Shown here in pieces: positions 6,892 through 12,881 of a stretch of 12,881 bases of DNA. The position numbers and the translations under genes are program-made. Below the pieces are notes generated by a model. The model saw only the letters and a list, made by a program, of their open reading frames with translations. It did not search any database and was not told the origin of the DNA. Position 1 is the first letter of the stretch. Every line of letters starts with the position of its first letter. Origin of the DNA: Myxococcota bacterium (GTDB taxonomy: Bacteria > Myxococcota > JACRCW01); assembly GCA_040752415.1 (NCBI GenBank), contig JBFMGU010000292.1:1-12881 (forward strand), written 5' to 3'.

Positions 6892-7865
6892 GACGCCTCC
6901 AACGCAGCGAGAATCTCGTCGGGACTCGCAGTGGCCGCGCCCAGCTTTCCCACCACCACGCTCGCCGCCACATTCGCCAGGGAAGCGGCCCGCTCCAGTG
7001 TCACCCCCGCGCCCAACGCAGCCGTGAGCGCGGCAGCCACGGTGTCGCCCGCTCCGGTGACGTCGGTGACCTCCCCGTTGCCATGCGCCGGCAGCACCGC
7101 CACCTTCCCGCCCTTCTGCACCACCACCATGCCTTCCCGCCCGCGCGTGGCCACCACCGCCGCGGCCTGCTGTCGCCGCAGCACCGCGCGCGCCGCCTCC
7201 ACCACGTCCTCCACCGACGTCACCGGGGCGCCCGCCAGCTCACCCAGCTCCGGCGCGTTGGGCTTGAGCACCACCGGCCCGCGCGCGCGGCCGAGCGCAT
7301 ACCGGCTGTCCACCACCACGGGCAGACCCTTGCGCGCCAACCCCACCGCCGCGTCGACGATGTCGGTGTCCATGAAGCCCTGCCCGTAGTCACTGAGCAG
7401 GAGTGCGCCCATGCCACGCCCCGCCTCACGCCGCAGCGTGGCCACCACGTTGCGCACGGTGTCGACGTGCGGACGGGCCACCGGGTCGCGGTCCAGGCGG
7501 AGGACCTGCTGGTGTCGCGTCCCCAGCGCGCCGGCCATGACCCGCAGCTTCTGCGCCGTATGCCGTCCCTTCTCGACGACGAGATGCAGCTTCACCCCGC
7601 TCCCCCGCATGCACTCGCGGAAGCGCGCGGCGGCCTCGTCGCGACCCACCACGCCCAGCAGCGAGACGCGGGAGCCCAGCACCGCCGCATTCACCGCCGC
7701 GTTGGCCGCGCCGCCGGGGCGCATCTCTTCGCGCTCGTGGAGGACCACGGGGACGGGAGCCTCCCGGGAGATGCGGTTGGTGGTGCCAAAGACGTAGCGG
7801 TCCAGCACCACGTCCCCCAGGACGCCCACCTGGACCCGCCTCAAGCCCTGAAGGATGTCGCGCAC
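6888..7865 (-). CDS. rfaE1: RfaE/HldE domain I-type PfkB sugar kinase (D-glycero-beta-D-manno-heptose 7-phosphate kinase-like, HldA type)
   Basis: VGVLGDVVLDRYVFG..RISREAPVPV, PGGAANAAVN, QQVLRLD, LSDYGQG, LKPNAPEL, TRGREGM, DVTGAGDTVAA, ANVAASVVVGKLGAAT. Start placed at GTG 7865; the track's extension to 8546 is antisense to rlmN. Confidence 0.9.
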   Translation of the reverse strand: MRDILQGLRRVQVGVLGDVVLDRYVFGTTNRISREAPVPVVLHEREEMRPGGAANAAVNAAVLGSRVSLLGVVGRDEAAARFRECMRGSGVKLHLVVEKGRHTAQKLRVMAGALGTRHQQVLRLDRDPVARPHVDTVRNVVATLRREAGRGMGALLLSDYGQGFMDTDIVDAAVGLARKGLPVVVDSRYALGRARGPVVLKPNAPELGELAGAPVTSVEDVVEAARAVLRRQQAAAVVATRGREGMVVVQKGGKVAVLPAHGNGEVTDVTGAGDTVAAALTAALGAGVTLERAASLANVAASVVVGKLGAATASPDEILAALEAS

Positions 7866-7950
7866 GGGGACGGCTCTTAGGCCAACACCCCCGCCTGCAC
7901 CAAGCCGGGAGCCTTGCGTTCCCACCCGCGGGATCGCACATAGCGCGCCC

Positions 7951-9009
7951 ATGTCCCGCTTCCCTGCCGCCCCACCCGTCCCGGAGGTCTGCGCGCTCAC
8001 GCCCCAGGCCCTGGCCGCGTTGATGCCCGGCCCCGGTGGCCGTCCGTCGACGACGCGGGCCCGCGCGGTGTGGCGTTGGCTGCGCTCCGCGCCGGTGCCG
8101 CTGGAGTGGCCGGAGACGCTGCCGGAAGCGGGGAAGACCGCGCTGGCCACGCTGCGGGAGCGCACCACCCTGCCCCGGCTCACGGTGGAGGAAGAGCACG
8201 TCAGCACCGACGGCACCATCAAGTGGCGACTGGACTGCCGCGGCATGCCCGTGGAGACGGTGCTCATCCCGCACCCCACGCGCTCGACGGTGTGCGTCTC
8301 CAGCCAGAGCGGGTGCACGCGCAACTGCACCTTCTGCGCCACCGCGCAGATGGGCTTTGGCGGCCAGCTCACCGCCGGGGAGATCGTGGCGCAGGTGCTG
8401 CTGGCGCGCGCGCACACGCCGCGGGGCGCCCCGGTGAAGAACGTGGTGTTCATGGGCATGGGTGAGCCGCTGGACAATCTCGACGAGGTCATCGGCGCCG
8501 TCGACGCGCTGGAGCACGGACTCTCGCTGGGGCCGCAGCACGTCACGGTGTCGACGAGCGGCGTGCTGCCGAAGATGCGTCAGTTCGTGGAGCGCAGCCG
8601 CGCGTGCATGGCGCTCTCCCTGCACGCCACGACGGAAGAGATGCGCCGGGAGCTGATGCCGGGCACCTGCAAGTGGACGCTGGAGGAGCTGGTGGCGTTC
8701 ATGTGGGAGGTCTCCGCCAACAGCGCGCGCCACTTCTTCATCGAGTACATCCTGCTGGGCGGCGTCAACGACGGTGACGACGACGCGCAGCGCCTGGTGA
8801 AGCTGATGCAGGGCGTGCGCGCACGCATCAACCTGATCCCGTTCAATCCCGTTCCGGGCATGCCCTACGCGCGCCCCACCGACGAGCGGGTGCGGGCCTT
8901 CCACGCGCGCGTGGTGGAGGGTGGCCTGTTGTGTCTGACGCGGGAGACGCGCGGAACGGATGCCGCGGCGGCGTGCGGACAGCTGGTCTACCAGCGCAGG
9001 AGCGCCTGA
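7951..9009 (+). CDS. rlmN: Radical SAM RNA methyltransferase, RlmN family (23S rRNA m2A2503 / tRNA m2A37)
   Basis: STDGTIKW, VETVLIP, TVCVSSQSGCTRNCTFCATA (CxxxCxxC plus upstream catalytic Cys), VVFMGMGEPL, VSTSG, LSLHA, EYILLGGVND, INLIPFN, RGTDAAAACGQL (methyl-carrier Cys). Start set at ATG 7951. Confidence 0.92.
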   Translation: MSRFPAAPPVPEVCALTPQALAALMPGPGGRPSTTRARAVWRWLRSAPVPLEWPETLPEAGKTALATLRERTTLPRLTVEEEHVSTDGTIKWRLDCRGMPVETVLIPHPTRSTVCVSSQSGCTRNCTFCATAQMGFGGQLTAGEIVAQVLLARAHTPRGAPVKNVVFMGMGEPLDNLDEVIGAVDALEHGLSLGPQHVTVSTSGVLPKMRQFVERSRACMALSLHATTEEMRRELMPGTCKWTLEELVAFMWEVSANSARHFFIEYILLGGVNDGDDDAQRLVKLMQGVRARINLIPFNPVPGMPYARPTDERVRAFHARVVEGGLLCLTRETRGTDAAAACGQLVYQRRSA

Positions 9010-9019
9010 CCGCTCGTCG

Positions 9020-9868
9020 TCAGCCGCACTCGCCGGTGGTGGTGTTGCAAGTGTAGCCGGTGTTGCAGTCGGCGTCGCTGCGGCACTTGGGGAAGCACGC
9101 CCCGCCCACGATGTTGCCGTTGCTGTCCTTCAACTCCTCGCACTGGTAGTCGCTGCGGCAGCCGCTGGTGGTTGCTTGCGGGTCGCACCCTCCCAGACAC
9201 AACACCACGGGCTGGCCCTGGGAGTTGTTGCCCACGTTGACGCACTCCGCGCCGCTCCCGCAGTCCGCGTTGGAGCTGCACCCGGCCACGCAATAGCCGC
9301 CCACGAAGCCATCCGCCTCGGTGATGCACGCCGCGGTGTAGGGGCCGGGCGGAATGCAGTCGCCGTCCACCGTGCAGGGGTCACCAATGCCACCGGTCCC
9401 TCCGCCGCTGGAGCTGGTGGCAAAGCCGCTGCTGGAGGACGTGGAGCTGGAGGTGAACGACGACGAGGACGAGGTCGACGACGTGGAGGTGAACGACCCG
9501 CTCGAGGTCGAGGACGTGAACGTCCCGCCGGAGGTGGAGGAGGTGAACGTACCGCCGGAGGTCGACGACGTGGAGGTGAACCCTCCGGAGCTGGTGCTCA
9601 GCCCGCCGCCGCTGGTGGAGCTGGTGTTGTCTCCGCGGCTGGAAGACCCTTCTCCGCTGCTGCCAGAGCCACTTCCCGACGTGCTGCGCGAATCCCCGCT
9701 GGACGCGCCGTTGCCAATGCCGCCGCTGTTGGATCCCGCGCCATTGCCGAATCCGCCGGTGCTGGTGGAGGCGCCGGAGCGGTCGCGGCCACTGGACCCG
9801 TCGGAGGGCCCGCACGACGCCACCACCACCGCCATCAACATCCCCACCCCCAGCACGACTCGACGCAT
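9020..9868 (-). CDS. Lipoprotein with Ser/Thr/Gly-rich repeat stalk and C-terminal 16-Cys domain (282 aa)
   Basis: MRRVVLGVGMLMAVVVASC (lipobox Cys19), with GAGG upstream of ATG 9868. Long S/T/G tract, then Cys repeats CTVDGDC, CSSNADC, CRSDYQC, CRSDADC. Confidence 0.85.
   Translation of the reverse strand: MRRVVLGVGMLMAVVVASCGPSDGSSGRDRSGASTSTGGFGNGAGSNSGGIGNGASSGDSRSTSGSGSGSSGEGSSSRGDNTSSTSGGGLSTSSGGFTSTSSTSGGTFTSSTSGGTFTSSTSSGSFTSTSSTSSSSSFTSSSTSSSSGFATSSSGGGTGGIGDPCTVDGDCIPPGPYTAACITEADGFVGGYCVAGCSSNADCGSGAECVNVGNNSQGQPVVLCLGGCDPQATTSGCRSDYQCEELKDSNGNIVGGACFPKCRSDADCNTGYTCNTTTGECG
9421..9600 (-). repeat. Intragenic degenerate tandem repeat encoding (S/T)SGG(T/S)FTS(S/T) units
   Basis: GTGAAC recurs at 9453, 9489, 9516, 9543 and 9576 (spacings 36/27/27/33). 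Exact 24-nt repeat GAGGTCGACGACGTGGAGGTGAAC at 9471-9494 and 9558-9581. Confidence 0.8.
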
Positions 9869-9898
9869 TGCCTCACCCCATGCAGCGCCGACGTGGCG

Positions 9899-9941
9899 CA
9901 ACAAGAAGGCCCGCGGCGTAGCAGATGCCGCGCCAACCTTC
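9899..9941 (-). terminator. Possible intrinsic terminator hairpin after the MYXO-CTERM gene
   Basis: GAAGG-TTGG-CGCGGC-(9 nt)-GCCGCG-GG-CCTTC followed by TTGTTG, starting 3 nt after the TGA. The U-tract is weak. Confidence 0.35.
9920..9935 (-). promoter_or_regulatory. Candidate sigma54 (-24/-12) promoter for the Cys-rich lipoprotein
   Basis: Minus strand TGGCGCG-GCAT-CTGCT has exact GG-N10-GC spacing and is close to TGGCACG-N4-TTGC. It lies about 50 nt upstream of ATG 9868. Confidence 0.5.
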
Positions 9942-9943
9942 CA

Positions 9944-11617
9944 TCACCGCTGCGCCCGGCGACGCCAAGCCCACCCCAGCACCAGCAAGCCCAACGGCGC
10001 CGGCACGCCTCCCCCCGCGCAGCTGCCACAGCCGAAGGGGCGGAGATCTCCGTCGCCACCGCTGCCCACGTCGCTGGTGGAGGAAGGTGCTTCCCCGGAG
10101 CTCGTCGAGGAGCTGGTGGACCCGCCTTCGTTGCTCAGCCCGCCGGAGCTGGACGTGCTCCCCGACGACGACGTGGACAGCGCCCCCGACGTCGACGACG
10201 AGGTGGTCCCGCTGGAGCTGCCGCCCGCGTCGGGCGCGGGAGGGCCACACGCGCCGGTCTCCTGGTTGCACGCGCCACCACCCCCGCACGCCGCTTCCCA
10301 GCACGGCCGCTGACAGGTGCCCTCCAGGCACGCGAGCGAGTCGCGACAATCCGCGCTCTGCTGACACGCTCCGTTCTCGTCGGTGCCGCCGCCGTGGGCC
10401 ACCCAGCGCCAGCGGATGGCGTCAAACCCCACGCTTTCTCCCACGTCGCCACTGTCGTCGCGCACGGTGACCCGGGTGTGTCCCGCGCGGACCTTCACGC
10501 GACCCAGCACCTGCCAGACGTCACCGTTCACACTCTGGTCCATGCGCAGCGTGGTCACGCCTCCCAGGCCCGTCACGTCGACGGGGATGTCCTGGCTGGT
10601 GGCCGGATTGAGCGGGATCCAACCGGCAACCTCCCAGATTCCGTCGCTGGGGAGCGTTGGCGTGAAGCGCGCGGAGACCTGGGATTGCCCTGCCGGCTGC
10701 GCTGAAGCGTGCAGGAATCCGCCGTTGTAGCCACCGGTGTCCTGCGTCTCCGCCGCGCCGCTGAGCGTGAACCCCGGGTCCGCGTTGTCGACGATGATCT
10801 CGCGCGGCTCCGGGCATCCACCCGCGCACGGGTCCACGCACGGATTGGGATGCTGCGGGTTGATGGCGATGTCCTGCTGGAACAGCGAGGTGTCGCTGGG
10901 CGGCGGCGGGATGTCGTTGAGGTCCGGGTAGGTCACCTCCACGGGCGTATACGCGTCGTCGAGCGGATAGCGGATCCGGCCCCACACCAGCTCCTGGTAC
11001 GGGTAGCTCCCGCGTGAGAGGGAACCCGGACCGGAATACGGCGGGCGGTTGGCGGGGAGGTTGGGGTTGTTGGGATTGTTGCCGTTGGTGAAGCCGTTGT
11101 ACGCCCACGTGGCGTAGTACCAGTTCTCGACGACATCCAGCGTGCTGTCGTTGATGGCGCCGCCGTACACCTGGTCCGCGTTCCACTTGGCGAACAGCAC
11201 GGAAGCACCCGCGCCGATGTTGTACGCCGGCTCGCTGGCAATGCGTGCGCCGTAGTTCTCCGCGCCGCTGGTGATCTGCGAGATGCCAAACCCACAGTCA
11301 AAGCTGATGACGGTGCGCCCGGTGTCGGCGCAGAACTGTCGCCAGCTGCTCTCGACGACGCCGATGGCCTTGAAGAGCACGCAGGGCAGACGCGGGTCGG
11401 ACGGCGTGCGGTTGGGCCCGCTCTCCGCCTGCGGCAGCGAGGGCGCGCGTGAACCCAGCGCGTCGACGGCGAGCTCCTCCATCATCGCGTTGATCTCGTC
11501 GTGGCTGGGCTGCGTGCCCTGTACCGGTTGGAACGCGCACGTGGTGTACGAGGGGCACTGCGCGCGCACGTCCAGCGCAACCAGCAGCACCGCTCCGACG
11601 AGAAGGACGCCTTTCAT
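9944..11617 (-). CDS. Surface protein: SLT/lysozyme-like lytic transglycosylase domain + golvesin-like beta-sandwich + Cys-rich/Ser-rich linker + MYXO-CTERM
   Basis: Signal peptide MKGVLLVGAVLLVALDVRA. SLT motifs KAIGVVESSW (Glu89), GFGISQIT, YNIGAGASVL, WYYATWAYNG. Golvesin-like IIVDNADPGF...ARFTPTLPSDGIWEV...MDQSVNGDVWQVLG...FDAIRW. C-terminus GCGSCAGGGVPAPLGLLVLGWAWRRRAQR. SD GGAGG, and ATGA overlap with the upstream gene. Confidence 0.85.
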   Translation of the reverse strand: MKGVLLVGAVLLVALDVRAQCPSYTTCAFQPVQGTQPSHDEINAMMEELAVDALGSRAPSLPQAESGPNRTPSDPRLPCVLFKAIGVVESSWRQFCADTGRTVISFDCGFGISQITSGAENYGARIASEPAYNIGAGASVLFAKWNADQVYGGAINDSTLDVVENWYYATWAYNGFTNGNNPNNPNLPANRPPYSGPGSLSRGSYPYQELVWGRIRYPLDDAYTPVEVTYPDLNDIPPPPSDTSLFQQDIAINPQHPNPCVDPCAGGCPEPREIIVDNADPGFTLSGAAETQDTGGYNGGFLHASAQPAGQSQVSARFTPTLPSDGIWEVAGWIPLNPATSQDIPVDVTGLGGVTTLRMDQSVNGDVWQVLGRVKVRAGHTRVTVRDDSGDVGESVGFDAIRWRWVAHGGGTDENGACQQSADCRDSLACLEGTCQRPCWEAACGGGGACNQETGACGPPAPDAGGSSSGTTSSSTSGALSTSSSGSTSSSGGLSNEGGSTSSSTSSGEAPSSTSDVGSGGDGDLRPFGCGSCAGGGVPAPLGLLVLGWAWRRRAQR

Positions 11618-12675
11618 CGCCGTCCTCCCCGCGCCACGCCGTAGATTTCCACCACCGGCGCGCCCGCGCGCAGCTCACCGTCCTTGCCACGCAGCAGGTC
11701 CTGCACGAGGAAACGCGCGGGGCGCCGTGCGTCGGCCAGGCCGCGGGCATCCACGGAGTCCTCCCGAGCGATCAGCACGCTGCCGTCGGCGGACATCTCC
11801 ACCGGGACCTGGCGCGTTCCCGTCGGAGAAGCGCGCAACCAACGGTCGCCGTCCTTCCACAACACCACCCCGGCGGGATCCGACCACGCCACCATCCCCG
11901 CGCGCATGATGGGCGCCGCCAACGGAAGGGTCTGGGTATCCAGGTTCTCCTCGACACGCGTCCGGTGATTCACGCGACTGACCACGGAGTTCCCGCGCGA
12001 GGAGCGGAGAAGCACGACGTGTCGCTCGTCGACGCTGACGTCGCGCAGGAGCTCATGGGTGAAGGCGAGGTCCACGGTATCGCGGCCATCCCGCATGCAC
12101 CGCACGTCCGCGTTCCGCCCGTCCTGCACGAGGACACACGCCCCCAGCAGCGCGTCGCCACCAACCGGCATGACCCAGCTGGCGTGTTGCTCCATCACCA
12201 TCCGCGCCGTCCCGTCGGAAGACACGCGGTACACGCGCCACGGCGTCGCATCCGTCTCCGTCTCCGGACCGCCACCAAACACCACCACGCTTCCGTCAGA
12301 GGCCAGCGCCGGACGCTGCTGCGCGCGCAGTCCCTCCCGCACCACGTCCGCTTTTCCGTCGTCACCCACCCGCCACAACCGTGCGGGCTCACCCAGGCGT
12401 GATTCCCCGTCGGGAACCAGCAGCCACAGCACCTTCCGCTGCGCGTCCCATACGCCGCGCGGCACCATGCCCGGCGCGTGCTGGAAGGTCCGCAACGTGC
12501 GCGCCTTCTCACCGGTCTTCAGTACGCGGATGGCGGTGCTGGTGGCGTCGGGCCCGTCGGCGGCGCCGAGCGCGAGGGTCACGGGGAAGTCGGCGCGCAG
12601 CTCCCCGAGCGAGGGGGACGCGGCCAGAGCCAGGCCCGGGAGAATCCCCAGGGCAAGGAGCAGGGAGGTCTTCAC
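11614..12675 (-). CDS. Secreted hypothetical protein, probably beta-rich (TolB-like propeller?), 353 aa
   Basis: GTG 12675 gives the signal peptide MKTSLLLALGILPGLALA. Repeated strand-turn motifs: LWRVGDDG, PALASDGSVVV, VYRVSSDG, MSADGSVLI. The stop overlaps the next ATG (ATGA). Confidence 0.75.
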   Translation of the reverse strand: MKTSLLLALGILPGLALAASPSLGELRADFPVTLALGAADGPDATSTAIRVLKTGEKARTLRTFQHAPGMVPRGVWDAQRKVLWLLVPDGESRLGEPARLWRVGDDGKADVVREGLRAQQRPALASDGSVVVFGGGPETETDATPWRVYRVSSDGTARMVMEQHASWVMPVGGDALLGACVLVQDGRNADVRCMRDGRDTVDLAFTHELLRDVSVDERHVVLLRSSRGNSVVSRVNHRTRVEENLDTQTLPLAAPIMRAGMVAWSDPAGVVLWKDGDRWLRASPTGTRQVPVEMSADGSVLIAREDSVDARGLADARRPARFLVQDLLRGKDGELRAGAPVVEIYGVARGGRR

Positions 12676-12682
12676 GCTTGCG

Positions 12683-12711
12683 AGCGTGGGGGCGCCATCG
12701 GGCGAATTCAA
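12683..12711 (-). promoter_or_regulatory. Candidate sigma70-type promoter, possibly giving a leaderless mRNA
   Basis: TTGAAT (12711-12706), 17-nt spacer, CACGCT (12688-12683), then 7 nt to GTG 12675. No SD. Confidence 0.45.
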
Positions 12712-12746
12712 TCAGCCTGCTGTCGTGGCCGCGCTGACGTCTCCGC

Positions 12747-12881
12747 TCACCAGCCGAACAACGCCCGGGCATTGCGGGTGGTCAGCTCCGCCACCTCCTC
12801 CGCGCTCTCGCCGCGCGCCGTCGCCAGGCCGCGGATGACCTCGGGGAGATGCGCCGGCTCGTTGCGTTGTCCCCGGTAGGC
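12747..12881 (-). CDS. tatD: TatD family nuclease/hydrolase, C-terminal fragment (5' end outside the window)
   Basis: Manual translation gives [44 protein letters not shown], matching the characteristic TatD C-terminus (RGxRNEP...TTxNAxxLF). Not in the ORF track. Confidence 0.88.
   Translation of the reverse strand, partial: AYRGQRNEPAHLPEVIRGLATARGESAEEVAELTTRNARALFGW

Noticed and set aside
7866..8546. Apparent long N-terminal extension (fusion) on the heptose kinase
   Set aside because: Mostly the antisense reading of rlmN. Kinase similarity begins only at about 7865.
9421..9600. CRISPR-like periodicity of GGAGGTGAAC repeats
   Set aside because: Spacings are multiples of 3 inside a CDS and there are no unique spacers, so this is a coding repeat.
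8960..10705. Long plus-strand ORFs (581 aa; 319-aa Val/Glu/Pro-rich repeat ORF)
   Set aside because: Antisense mirrors of the Ser/Thr-rich minus-strand genes, which have signal peptides and coherent domains.
11555..11617. Lipoprotein signal at VRAQC in the SLT protein
   Set aside because: Poor lipobox (Gln at -1). VRA|Q fits signal peptidase I better, and anchoring is explained by the C-terminal tail.
12747..12881. TatD as part of a defence system or of the lytic operon
   Set aside because: Only 44 residues are visible, TatD is usually housekeeping, and a separate candidate promoter lies between it and the next gene.

Overview
GC-rich (roughly 70% by eye) bacterial chromosomal window, very probably Myxococcota, based on a MYXO-CTERM sorting signal and myxobacterial-type Cys-rich and Ser/Thr-rich surface proteins. 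I support 11 CDSs. Minus strand: a slipin/stomatin SPFH protein (open at the left edge, absent from the ORF track), preceded by two translationally coupled beta-propeller-like lipoproteins. Plus strand, divergent: a secreted PDZ-less trypsin-like serine protease. Minus strand: a split HldE/RfaE pair (PfkB kinase and HxGH nucleotidyltransferase). Plus strand: rlmN. Minus strand: a Ser/Thr-rich, Cys-rich lipoprotein; an SLT/lysozyme-like + golvesin-like + MYXO-CTERM surface protein coupled to an unknown secreted protein; and the 3' end of a TatD nuclease (also absent from the track). The most striking non-coding feature is a 165-bp element (6235-6399) between convergent genes. It consists of two inverted ~70-bp units with perfect 28-bp outer arms and inner hairpins showing a compensatory base-pair change. 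Also seen: a hairpin that sequesters the SPFH Shine-Dalgarno (SD) site, a sigma54-like promoter inside a hairpin, and promoter spacing suggesting leaderless mRNAs. All calls come from manual motif reading; no database search was run.
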